Positions 16,546-24,452 of a stretch of DNA of 39,123 nucleotides are shown piece after piece. The notes below the pieces were generated by a model. The model worked only from the letters and a program-made list of their open reading frames with translations, was not told where the DNA came from and did no database searches. Positions within the stretch are counted from its first letter, which is position 1. Each line of letters opens with the position of its first letter. Origin of the DNA: a virus. The DNA lies in the IMG/VR virus record IMGVR_UViG_3300034069_001319, positions 1 through 39,123 of that record, one strand, 5' to 3'. Made by a program: the position numbers and the translations under genes.

Positions 16546-18249
16546 CTATTGACCTCCCAAGTCTTCGCTCATACCGGCTAATTGTTCCATTTGATTGAGT
16601 CCTTGTTGCATTTGCGCGCTTTGTGCAGCCTGTGCTTGAGCTTCCGCTTCAGCCTCTCTTTCTGCATCTACATCACGCTTGTCACGCGTGAAACCTGCAA
16701 ACAAGGGATAAAGATTGGCAGTGCTACGCGCGCCTAATTTCCAATCAAATTCACGGGCAACTTCGGGGTCAATTTGCATGGCCCCTTGAATTTGCGCAAT
16801 AAATTGATTTAGCACATCGGCGCCTACTTGCCGTTGTGCCTGACTCATGGGGCCTGAATACTCAACAATCAAATCATGACCTCTTATAATTTCAGGCTCT
16901 TGAGGTAGTTCCCCTGCCGCTTTTAGTAATTCATAAACCCGATGGACGAGTGGACCTGCGTACTCATGCTCAAGGCGCGTGTTGGCAGGGGCTAGCTGTC
17001 TGATTTGTTCCATTTGTCGAATGCGGGCTTCAGTCGCCGTACTGCGGGGGTCGTCCATTTGGCTCAAGCGGTCCATAAAGTATGCGGCTCGGATACGAGA
17101 CCTCACCTGTTCTTCCATGGCAAGACCTGCATTCATGTCCCCGTTAATGGACATTTGGCTGACAGTAGGCCTACCCATGGAGTCCATACCGCCTACAATG
17201 GTGGCACCCGGTCTATGGTCCATCTGTACATCAGAATTGCTCATGACAAGGGTTACTGGATTGGTCATTTTTTCTTCCATGACCAAGTGATTCCAGTGCA
17301 TGCGCTGTACCATTTGCACATCGGAAAGCGTTAGAGAGGATTGCGAGAGACCGTAAACCTCATTGGTGTTTTTAATCCAACGCGCCACAATGTAGGGCAT
17401 GTGTTTATAACCGGACTCGCTCAAAATGTGATCGTCAGTCAAGCACTGATAACAAGAATAATATTTGTGCGCGCCCCAAGCGCGACCAAAAAAATTGCTT
17501 TCATCACTGGGATGCACAATATGCAAAAATTGCACTTCCTCAAAAGGATTGGCATCAAATTTCGCCCGCAGTTTAGGGCCTAGCTTATCTAAACCCCAAC
17601 GCTTAACGGCTTGTCGCACGGTGTAGGTAAAGCGCCTATAAACCGTGTCTACCTCACCTCTATCATTTTCAATCAAAAACAATTCGTGTAGCGGTATCGA
17701 TTGAAACCGAATGGCCTCTCCCGCTTCATGCCCAACATACAAACAGCCCGTGCCTAGGCCGACAATGCTCGATATGGTTTCAAAATTGGCAGTTTCGAAT
17801 CGAGTTTTAGGACTTTGAAAAGCTTTATAGATAATGTCTGAGCATTCTTTCAGGTAATTTTGTACTTCAGTTTTAGCGCCTAAATCGATAATGGTTGTGC
17901 GCCCGGCATTATCTAAGCGGCGTATTTTCATAAATTTAAGACTTAGCTCAAACCATCGTTGACTTGGATTGGTGATGCCTGTGTAGACGAAACTTGTGAG
18001 TTGCTGACAGGCAATGCGCCCCGTTGAGTCAACAACGCGCGGGTCTTTCGGCTTTCCTGGTGTGTGATGCCATTCGAAATGTTCGCTCGTTGGCAAAATG
18101 AAACGGCTAATGGCGTTCCAATGCGGTTCGAATGGGCGTCTTTTTTCGCGCAATATTTCAAACCAGCGACGATTTCTAGCGGCCAGGGTGTCCAGTGTTC
18201 GATTATTAGGTAAATTACGACTTGAAGATGTGTCAGCCACAATTTGCAT
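16546..18249 (-). CDS. Portal (head-to-tail connector, T7 gp8-type, 567 aa)
   Basis: The C-terminal region (TATEARIRQMEQIRQL...EYAGPLVHRVYELLKAAGELPQEPE) parallels T7 gp8 as I recall it (ERVTAEEIRYV...LQLPLVRVLLKQLQATQQIPELPKE). I chose the ATG at 18249 (MQIVADTSS), 1 nt after the upstream stop. Confidence 0.8.
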   Translation of the reverse strand: MQIVADTSSSRNLPNNRTLDTLAARNRRWFEILREKRRPFEPHWNAISRFILPTSEHFEWHHTPGKPKDPRVVDSTGRIACQQLTSFVYTGITNPSQRWFELSLKFMKIRRLDNAGRTTIIDLGAKTEVQNYLKECSDIIYKAFQSPKTRFETANFETISSIVGLGTGCLYVGHEAGEAIRFQSIPLHELFLIENDRGEVDTVYRRFTYTVRQAVKRWGLDKLGPKLRAKFDANPFEEVQFLHIVHPSDESNFFGRAWGAHKYYSCYQCLTDDHILSESGYKHMPYIVARWIKNTNEVYGLSQSSLTLSDVQMVQRMHWNHLVMEEKMTNPVTLVMSNSDVQMDHRPGATIVGGMDSMGRPTVSQMSINGDMNAGLAMEEQVRSRIRAAYFMDRLSQMDDPRSTATEARIRQMEQIRQLAPANTRLEHEYAGPLVHRVYELLKAAGELPQEPEIIRGHDLIVEYSGPMSQAQRQVGADVLNQFIAQIQGAMQIDPEVAREFDWKLGARSTANLYPLFAGFTRDKRDVDAEREAEAEAQAQAAQSAQMQQGLNQMEQLAGMSEDLGGQ

Positions 18250-18250
18250 T

Positions 18251-18526
18251 TCAAACCCCCAGTAAAGATTTGGTGGGGGCTTCAAGCCCAGGATTGGCGG
18301 CTTGCGAGGTGTTGACAGAGAGCAGGGTACTATTGCGACCAAATGCCAATTGCTGTTTGCGGCGCGTGGCAGCAGCGGCTTCGGCTGCTTGTGCATTGTT
18401 GTTGTAGGTAGGTGCGTTTAAAAGTGTTGGTGCTTTTGGTGCTTTAGCACCTAAGAGTCCACCTAAGCCCCCTAGGAGTCCGCCTACGGCTTTGCCTACG
18501 CCCTTGAAGATTTCAGCCATGCTCAT
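18251..18526 (-). CDS. Small Gly/Leu-rich protein (91 aa) between TerL and portal
   Basis: The N-terminus is GKAVGGLLGGLGGLLG and the C-terminus is RRKQQLAFGRNSTLLS...KSLLGV. No function is assigned. Confidence 0.5.
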   Translation of the reverse strand: MSMAEIFKGVGKAVGGLLGGLGGLLGAKAPKAPTLLNAPTYNNNAQAAEAAAATRRKQQLAFGRNSTLLSVNTSQAANPGLEAPTKSLLGV

Positions 18527-18535
18527 CCTTGAAGC

Positions 18536-19834
18536 TTAGTAGTTGACACTCATGATAGCCGAGCGGTCGCGCATTCTCAAGCTGTCTAGCTCAGAAAGCG
18601 TATAAGGCCTGACGCTATCGGGCACGCTTAAGGCAATATGTGAAAACGCATCAAAGGCATGGTCATGACCGCCGCGCTTATCAATTCTGTTGGACTCAAT
18701 GCCTAGGCGCTCATCGTAATGCACTTTGAAATTTGCTAGATGGTCGAGTCCGCGTTCACATTTAACCGCATCGAAGGCACAACGACTCATGTAGGCTTTA
18801 GCGGCTGCGATGCGGCTCCCGATGGTTGTGCGGTTTAACGAGCGCACGCGATAGCCAAGTTTTTGCCATTGTGAATCGTAGGACATGTTCGATGCCTTTT
18901 CTCGATTAGGCGCGTCATGGGGCAGCCACAGCTCACCGATGGCATAGTTTTTGGCACGTATCATATTGTGCAGGCCTGTAATACCGCCCTCATTGCCTTC
19001 GTGATAATCAATGAATCTATCTTCATATCGCGTTGACTGCATAAACCAGATAACCAAATTGCTGCCCACACCCAAATCGAAACCTAAGTGCACTGGGTAT
19101 TGGGGGTCATAGGGAACACGGGTAATGCGGCCATCATCACGGGCACGTTGCAGTTCGGCTCCCAGAAAAGCGCCCACAATACTGGCGTGTGGGTCAAGCA
19201 TGAATTCCTGATTGAACAAAGCATCGCCCATTTCGCGGCGGAATTCTTCTAGCTGCTTGAGGGTAAAAACGCCCGTTTTGTCGGCTGGAAAGCGCCAGGT
19301 TTTCCATTCAGGATCGGTGTGTTCGCGTTGGGTCAATTCCCAAAACCAGCTTTTGCCTTTGGTGGTGCCGATGAAAAGCGCGCGGCCTGGTTCGCGGCCT
19401 CGGTCATTGAGCATGGGTCTGAGCACTTCTTGCCACATCTTAGGCGGATGCTGTGCTGACTCATCACTGACCACGGCATCCAAATAGGTGCCTTTGACCT
19501 TGTCGGGGTCGGTTGCGCCATAGAGCTTGATTTGTCCGCCATTAGGGAAGTGCACAGTGAGCCTGGAGCGGTTAATTTTGATGCCTGGCAGATGCGCTGT
19601 GAAGTGTAGTAGATAGTCCCAAGCGGCGTTATAGGCATTCTCAAGGGTGGGTCCAATGAAAGCGCCCCTAGGGTGCCAGGACTTACAATTACAAATTTGC
19701 AAGATAAGCCAGTAGACCGCAAACATGGTTTTGGAGCATCGCCTGTGCGCTTCAATGGCTAGAAAGCGCTCAGGGGCCAGCAATATTTCCAGCATGAAGT
19801 CATAGGGGTCGTAGGGCAACTCGAAGCTTTTCAC
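18536..19834 (-). CDS. terL: Terminase large subunit (432 aa)
   Basis: Walker-A-like AHRRCSKT, Walker-B LDAVVSDE, and a C-terminal nuclease-like region (HLGFDLGVG...). It follows TerS with a 4-nt overlap. Confidence 0.85.
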   Translation of the reverse strand: MKSFELPYDPYDFMLEILLAPERFLAIEAHRRCSKTMFAVYWLILQICNCKSWHPRGAFIGPTLENAYNAAWDYLLHFTAHLPGIKINRSRLTVHFPNGGQIKLYGATDPDKVKGTYLDAVVSDESAQHPPKMWQEVLRPMLNDRGREPGRALFIGTTKGKSWFWELTQREHTDPEWKTWRFPADKTGVFTLKQLEEFRREMGDALFNQEFMLDPHASIVGAFLGAELQRARDDGRITRVPYDPQYPVHLGFDLGVGSNLVIWFMQSTRYEDRFIDYHEGNEGGITGLHNMIRAKNYAIGELWLPHDAPNREKASNMSYDSQWQKLGYRVRSLNRTTIGSRIAAAKAYMSRCAFDAVKCERGLDHLANFKVHYDERLGIESNRIDKRGGHDHAFDAFSHIALSVPDSVRPYTLSELDSLRMRDRSAIMSVNY

Positions 19835-20289
19835 TCAGTATCTTTGTTTTTTAAACGCTCAAGCTGGGGAATAGAAATCTTAAAGCCTTTGGCGTTTTCA
19901 TCATCGCTTGCTTCAAGCACGAGCCGCTCGTTGTACTTTTTGGGGTAAAGACGAGAAGCGCGCCACCTAATGATATCGAGGCCAACTTTAGCGGCCTTAG
20001 GGTCAAGTTGTCTGCTCATTAATTGATCGTAAATTTCGCTCGTCTTTTCAAACTCACATTCAGCCTGGGCCATCTTAGCGGTTGCCCACATCTTTTGATA
20101 TTTTGTGCTTTGCGCAATCCATGAACGGATGGCTTTGTAGGAGGGGAAGCGGGGGTCTTTGTCTTTTAGGAGTAATTGGCTTAAGTCTTTGCCGTTGGCA
20201 ATTTCACTCATCAGCTCTTCCATGATGGCGTCGTGCCGTTTGGCGGTGTCTTCCAATTTTTCGCGCTTGAAGCTGCGTGCCATAGTCAT
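19831..20289 (-). CDS. terS: Terminase small subunit (152 aa)
   Basis: The pattern FPSYKAIRSWIAQSTKYQKMWATAKMAQAECEFEKTSEI...DIIRWRASRLYPKKYNERL is typical of HTH-type small terminases. It lies directly upstream of terL. Confidence 0.75.
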   Translation of the reverse strand: MTMARSFKREKLEDTAKRHDAIMEELMSEIANGKDLSQLLLKDKDPRFPSYKAIRSWIAQSTKYQKMWATAKMAQAECEFEKTSEIYDQLMSRQLDPKAAKVGLDIIRWRASRLYPKKYNERLVLEASDDENAKGFKISIPQLERLKNKDTE

Positions 20290-20297
20290 CCTTGATA

Positions 20298-20645
20298 TTA
20301 AGCTATTGGACTAATCTTAAGACAACACAGGCCGTTTGTCACGATGTCATCCATGAGAATTAAGCGGACATCAATCAACTGGCTGTCATTTTGATACAGG
20401 TAGCCTTCTAGGGCGTCAAAAAGAACTTTACTTAAGTTGTGGCCATCGCGTCGGCGCCGGTCTGGAGGATAAAAGCGTACGCAGGCTTGAAGCTTGCCAT
20501 CCAGGGCTTGTATGTTTTGCGTCAAACACAGATAACCAATCGCACGCTTGTAGGCCTTGGCGCGCGCAGAGACTAAAACGCGGCCCTGAACGTAGCGCCA
20601 ATAGGCGTTAGCTGACGGGGGAAAGGGTAGCTTCAGCTCAATCAC
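20298..20645 (-). CDS. rusA: RusA-family Holliday junction resolvase
   Basis: LPFPPSANAYWRY..GRVLVSARAKAYK and PPDRRRRDGHNLSKVLFDALEG..YQNDSQL match E. coli RusA as I recall it (LPWPPSNNRYYR, PDRRRRDLDNLQKAAFDAL, LDDAQV). I prefer the GTG at 20645, which overlaps the upstream ORF end by 8 nt. The ORF track starts at GTG 20663. Confidence 0.85.
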   Translation of the reverse strand: MIELKLPFPPSANAYWRYVQGRVLVSARAKAYKRAIGYLCLTQNIQALDGKLQACVRFYPPDRRRRDGHNLSKVLFDALEGYLYQNDSQLIDVRLILMDDIVTNGLCCLKISPIA

Positions 20646-20787
20646 CGATAAACCAATAAGCACGCGCGCGTAGTACGCAATTCATGTGGTAAAAAAGCGC
20701 AGACTGCGACCCAAAAAACAAAATCGGATAAGGAAAATCAATTCCTGATTCTGTGGTGTAAAATACGCCTAGAGGTTTTTTTTCCAT
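20638..20787 (-). CDS. Small ORF (49 aa) upstream of and overlapping rusA
   Basis: An ATG at 20787 gives MEKKPLGVFYTTESGIDFPYPILFFGSQSALFYHMNCVLRARAYWFIGD. Confidence 0.35.
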   Translation of the reverse strand: MEKKPLGVFYTTESGIDFPYPILFFGSQSALFYHMNCVLRARAYWFIGD

Positions 20788-20799
20788 ACTGAGGTTCTC

Positions 20800-21456
20800 A
20801 TGGATGAGCATAAATCGCCTAAAATTTGCGTGACCCCCAATCACCGACGAAATTTGCGCTCACTGGCGCGCGAGGAACAAACACGGGTGCACAGATGGTC
20901 TGACAAAACCTATCAGGCGCAGACCTCCCCTGGGGCTGAAAATCGCAACATTCCCTCAAGCAGTGTGCCAACACCGCCTAGGCGTTTGCAAGCGCACACC
21001 CCGCTTGATGGTCGGGTGCCGGAGATTAGCTATTCTCAGGTTTTCCAAGCGGCGCCCACATCCAAAGCGCGCGTTGAGGTCATTCATCACGATGGCAAAG
21101 TCAAAATCAAAAGTTCGGACTTAGACCTGCATCAGTTTAAAATTGAGCAGCATAAAAAAGGCTGGGTGCTTTCTTTTGAAATATTTACAACGCCTAAAGG
21201 CACTCCGGAATCAACGCCTCAGGTCAGCCCTTCGCTACTTACCCGTGCATTAAGGAACTTATCACATGGAGCAACGCCCCCCACGTCCCCCAGTAACAGA
21301 CTCCGGGGGCCTGATAGACCGAGCCGAGGAGATAGCCGAGGGCTTGCGGGCGCAGGTCCAAAACTCGGGTGGCGCCCCAAGCCTGATGCGCCCACCGAAA
21401 CCGCAGACGCCCTACCTGCATCAGACGTACACGATCACGCTTTATCGCCGCATTGA
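20800..21456 (+). CDS. S/T-P-rich hypothetical protein (218 aa); the last 63 codons overlap the next ORF out of frame
   Basis: Plus-strand ORF. The first roughly 155 aa look protein-like (…VEVIHHDGKVKIKSSDLDLHQFKIEQHKKGWVLSFEIFTTPKGTPESTPQVSPSLL). The tail is R/P/G-rich. Confidence 0.5.
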   Translation: MDEHKSPKICVTPNHRRNLRSLAREEQTRVHRWSDKTYQAQTSPGAENRNIPSSSVPTPPRRLQAHTPLDGRVPEISYSQVFQAAPTSKARVEVIHHDGKVKIKSSDLDLHQFKIEQHKKGWVLSFEIFTTPKGTPESTPQVSPSLLTRALRNLSHGATPPTSPSNRLRGPDRPSRGDSRGLAGAGPKLGWRPKPDAPTETADALPASDVHDHALSPH

Positions 21457-21667
21457 AGGACAATTTCCGCAAACAGGGGTTACCGAGCGTCGGATAAATT
21501 TTCCCGATGGCACGGGCTATTTGCTGGTGGAGGGCGTCAATATCAACGTGGAGGATGTAGATATTTCGCTTGAGAGCGCAGCGCAGAATTGGACAATCAG
21601 TCTGCGGGGACGGAACAATTTGTCCCCGCGACCTTTAAGCCCGAGTAAACGCGCGCGTGCTGATTAG
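21266..21667 (+). CDS. S/T-P-rich hypothetical protein (133 aa), apparently related to the upstream ORF
   Basis: An AAGGAA RBS lies 8 nt upstream of the ATG. The domain VNINVEDVDISLESAAQNWTISLRG followed by LSPRPLSPSKRARAD parallels the upstream ORF's domain and its TP/SP tail. Confidence 0.6.
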   Translation: MEQRPPRPPVTDSGGLIDRAEEIAEGLRAQVQNSGGAPSLMRPPKPQTPYLHQTYTITLYRRIEGQFPQTGVTERRINFPDGTGYLLVEGVNINVEDVDISLESAAQNWTISLRGRNNLSPRPLSPSKRARAD

Positions 21668-22005
21668 CTTTTGGCTTTTTTATGGAAGAGGCTAATGAAA
21701 TGATTCCAAGCATCGATTACATCGGGGCCCATCTTCATAAAGTCAGCGAATAAATTTAAGCTTGTGGTGGTGATGGCAACGGGGTTACCAGACATGCCGG
21801 CTGCAGTGGTCGAGGCAACATCTGCGGCGACTTTGGCCAAATTTTGAAAATTGCTATTAGCAATCGGTGAATTTTGTATGGTTGTGGCAATTTCAGACAG
21901 GGTTTGTGCGCTACTGGTGGGCACAGGGCTTGCAAGCGTCAAGCTTGTTGTGGTGTCTGTGCTGGTTTGATTCTCAGTGGAAACGGTGTTGGTTGTATCA
22001 GTCAT
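21664..22005 (-). CDS. Hypothetical Thr/Ser-rich protein (113 aa)
   Basis: ORF only. Confidence 0.45.
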   Translation of the reverse strand: MTDTTNTVSTENQTSTDTTTSLTLASPVPTSSAQTLSEIATTIQNSPIANSNFQNLAKVAADVASTTAAGMSGNPVAITTTSLNLFADFMKMGPDVIDAWNHFISLFHKKAKS

Positions 22006-22113
22006 GTTGCATCCTTGTAAAAGAAAGAGTGCCCACAGCTTGGCTAATCCCGAGTGAGGTTTTAAGTTAAGATGTAGGCACTCACAGGATAACGCGAGGT
22101 TTAAGGAAAAGCC

Positions 22114-23085
22114 ATGGCCATCATCAGCATCATTGAGACCGTTTTTCAGTATCCGGCTGCCACCCTCATAAAAGATTTCAAAAGTTTGCGGGAGGGTTTA
22201 AAACCTTATCGCAATGTTTACCGTATTTTATGCGGAGCTGTAGGCTCAGCCTTAGGCGGTGTGGTGCCCACCCTTATTTGGCCTGGGGCCTCTCATTATG
22301 TGTCCGGGGTTTTGCAGGCAGTTTTGCCCATAGGGGGTGCCCCAAGTCTGATTACGGGCAATCTAGCCTTGGTCTATGTGGGATTTAGCTCAGGGCTGCT
22401 TTTTGGCAAATACAGCGCCCAGGCTTATTACTACCTCAGATACAAAGACACCAACAGCGGACATATTTTGTACCCGCATCTTTTGCGTCAAGCAGTTGTA
22501 GCTTATGAAGGAACCAAGCTTGGAAGCACAGTTTTGAGCTTCCGCATAGAAGGTATTTTTACGCATTTGGTGCAAGAAATAAAACGGGTGAAAGACAAGC
22601 ATCAGGGCAACCCACTTGAGCCTTTGAGTCTTTCCTGGACTAAAGCACAGCTAAAAGGGGTACTGCATGAATTTATGCAAGGCAATGAAGATTTATTTAA
22701 TTTTTATTACCGCATGGCGCACATGAGAGAAAATTATCTGCAATCCCGCCTGCAATCTCGCATTCAAGAAATAGAGCAATTGCTTGTGCAAGAAGTGCCA
22801 CACCCTAACACGCTTCATTTGCGCGCCCATGTCAGGCGGGCAACCATTAGCACAGCGGATTTAGCGCATCAGCACCCAAAACTTGCGCGTTACGTCACAC
22901 AGATAAAGCCGCAGACCTTGCCTATAACCAGTAGCGATGATTTAGAACATGTGAAAAGTTTGCTGTTGAGTAAATCACATCAGGTTCAAGATGCAACAAG
23001 GCTTGTGCCTGAGCCCTTGGTGAAGACGGAAGGTGCAACATTGCCTAAGCCGATAGGTACTCGTCGTTTAAGGATTGATGTTTAA
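22114..23085 (+). CDS. Hypothetical membrane protein (323 aa): N-terminal hydrophobic hairpin and helical C-terminal region
   Basis: Hydrophobic segments are CGAVGSALGGVVPTLIW and SLITGNLALVYVGFSSGLLFG. An AAGGAAAA RBS precedes the ATG. Confidence 0.55.
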   Translation: MAIISIIETVFQYPAATLIKDFKSLREGLKPYRNVYRILCGAVGSALGGVVPTLIWPGASHYVSGVLQAVLPIGGAPSLITGNLALVYVGFSSGLLFGKYSAQAYYYLRYKDTNSGHILYPHLLRQAVVAYEGTKLGSTVLSFRIEGIFTHLVQEIKRVKDKHQGNPLEPLSLSWTKAQLKGVLHEFMQGNEDLFNFYYRMAHMRENYLQSRLQSRIQEIEQLLVQEVPHPNTLHLRAHVRRATISTADLAHQHPKLARYVTQIKPQTLPITSSDDLEHVKSLLLSKSHQVQDATRLVPEPLVKTEGATLPKPIGTRRLRIDV

Positions 23086-23346
23086 TTTTTTAAGCATTTT
23101 TTGTCTATGTATGATTCTATCTTGTGTGAGTTTATCGTATTCATAAAACACTTGAATATCATCAAATATATATTTTTGTGTGATGCGTACACGGCCATTC
23201 GGTAAAAAAACTTCTTTGTATACATTCCAAGCTTTATAGCCTGTAGGTGTTTTTTCTTTAAAATAACGGTTCATGCGTTTGTAATAATCATCTTTAAGAA
23301 CATCTTTGAGTTTCATAATTAGTTTTACGCTTTTGTATTTTTGCAT
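23068..23346 (-). CDS. Hypothetical Lys-rich protein (92 aa), low-GC gene
   Basis: ATG at 23346 (MQKYKSVK...). The track start at 23352 is TTG. Confidence 0.45.
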   Translation of the reverse strand: MQKYKSVKLIMKLKDVLKDDYYKRMNRYFKEKTPTGYKAWNVYKEVFLPNGRVRITQKYIFDDIQVFYEYDKLTQDRIIHRQKMLKKLNINP

Positions 23347-23416
23347 TATCAATACTCGCGGGTTAATTAGTCTTTATAGCTGGTGCCCAAGCCTGGTTTT
23401 GGCAAGCCCGAGCGCT

Positions 23417-23749
23417 TTAAAGATTGTTATTTAGGTCATCACACTTGCGATAATCATTAAGCAACAATGAGTCTGGCATTTTGCGTAGTATCTTACCGTC
23501 CCTATCTACGTAAATGATACCCACCATAATGATGTCGCCATCCAGCGGGTTCTCGAAAAAGTAAAGCACATCAGCGTCGCCATAATGTTTTTCTGCTTTG
23601 AAGCATTGCGGTATGCAAGTCGGGTCTTCAATGTCATCAAGCAAATCCATCAGTCTATCCTTCCAGCTGCTTGCCATGACTTTTATATCAGCAAGCATAT
23701 TTTCGGTGCAGGCTTCTAGCGTTTGCAAGGTATTTTTCTGATCAGTCAT
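23417..23749 (-). CDS. Hypothetical acidic protein (110 aa)
   Basis: ORF only. It is rich in D/E and overlaps the upstream gene by 8 nt. Confidence 0.5.
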   Translation of the reverse strand: MTDQKNTLQTLEACTENMLADIKVMASSWKDRLMDLLDDIEDPTCIPQCFKAEKHYGDADVLYFFENPLDGDIIMVGIIYVDRDGKILRKMPDSLLLNDYRKCDDLNNNL

Positions 23750-24026
23750 TTTGTCTACTTAGTGGTATTTGAAACTCAATTTCTGCCTCTGCATCTATTT
23801 CGTCTATTTCTTCTTCGGTTAGACGCGTTTTGATGTAATTTTCGAATTTAGTAAATCCGGTTTTAGCGTCTTTATCTAAGTTTTCTTTTAAACAACCTAA
23901 GCCATACCCAGCGGCTGAACCGATATGCATATCGTACTCTTCAACAAGAACATCAAGCTGTGCGTTAAGCGCAGCCAGTAAACGTAGAGCTTTTGTGACG
24001 GCTTCGAGTTTAGCGGGTCTAAGCAT
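23742..24026 (-). CDS. Hypothetical acidic protein (94 aa)
   Basis: I chose the ATG at 24026 (MLRPAKLEAV...), because the track start at 24071 would overlap tRNA-Gln. Confidence 0.45.
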   Translation of the reverse strand: MLRPAKLEAVTKALRLLAALNAQLDVLVEEYDMHIGSAAGYGLGCLKENLDKDAKTGFTKFENYIKTRLTEEEIDEIDAEAEIEFQIPLSRQND

Positions 24027-24057
24027 TGTTATTACTGTTTCCTTTTCATTGCTACTC

Positions 24058-24132
24058 TGGCTCGGGGACAAGGGTTCGAACCTCGGTCTACGGGATCAAA
24101 ACCCGTTGCTCTACCAATTAAGCTATCCCCGA
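24058..24132 (-). tRNA. tRNA-Gln (anticodon UUG), CCA encoded
   Basis: Hand-folded cloverleaf. Acceptor TCGGGGA/TCCCCGA with U1:A72 and G73. D-arm GCTT-AATTGGTA-GAGC. Anticodon arm ACGGG-TTTTGAT-CCCGT. T-arm CGAGG-TTCGAAC-CCTTG. Total 75 nt. Confidence 0.9.
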
Positions 24133-24142
24133 ATGACGAATG

Positions 24143-24283
24143 CATTTCAGGCAGGATTCGAACCTGCAAAGACGTGGAAAACTGTTAACCTAGGTTCTTT
24201 GAGATGTACGTTACTTGTATCCACAAGCACAGTTTTTAGACTTTCGCCGTACATCGGCAACCTTACCATTCAGTCACTGAAGC
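24143..24283 (-). ncRNA. Aberrant tRNA-like element (141 nt): canonical T-arm plus a distant acceptor-like pairing
   Basis: The T-arm is GCAGG-TTCGAAT-CCTGC, followed by CTGAAAT-G. The 5' end GCTTCAG-TG-..AATGGTAA.. has U8/A14/GG-like features. The interior contains a perfect 8-bp stem, GATGTACG...CGTACATC. I could not fold it into a cloverleaf by hand. Confidence 0.35.
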
Positions 24284-24452
24284 GCCTCTTAAGTCTGACG
24301 CTTGTCATGTTGCAGGGTCAAGGGGTCAAGCCGCGATATGTTTTTTTCCATATCTTGCATATCTGGGCCTAAGTCCTTAAAAATAACTCATACCATGATA
24401 TGACTTATGCCTTAAAACAGGGCTTTTCTCACACCATGGTATTACTTAGCGA

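Noticed and set aside
18250-18396. N-terminal 49-aa extension of the portal ORF
   Set aside because: It overlaps the upstream 91-aa gene by 146 nt and reads as proline/low-complexity sequence. The ATG at 18249 sits 1 nt after the upstream stop.
24143-24283. Calling a second canonical tRNA
   Set aside because: The acceptor halves are 127 nt apart. No standard D-arm or anticodon arm can be drawn next to the T-arm. The best anticodon-like hairpin (TTGCC-GATGTAC-GGCGA) lacks U33 and is not positioned correctly.
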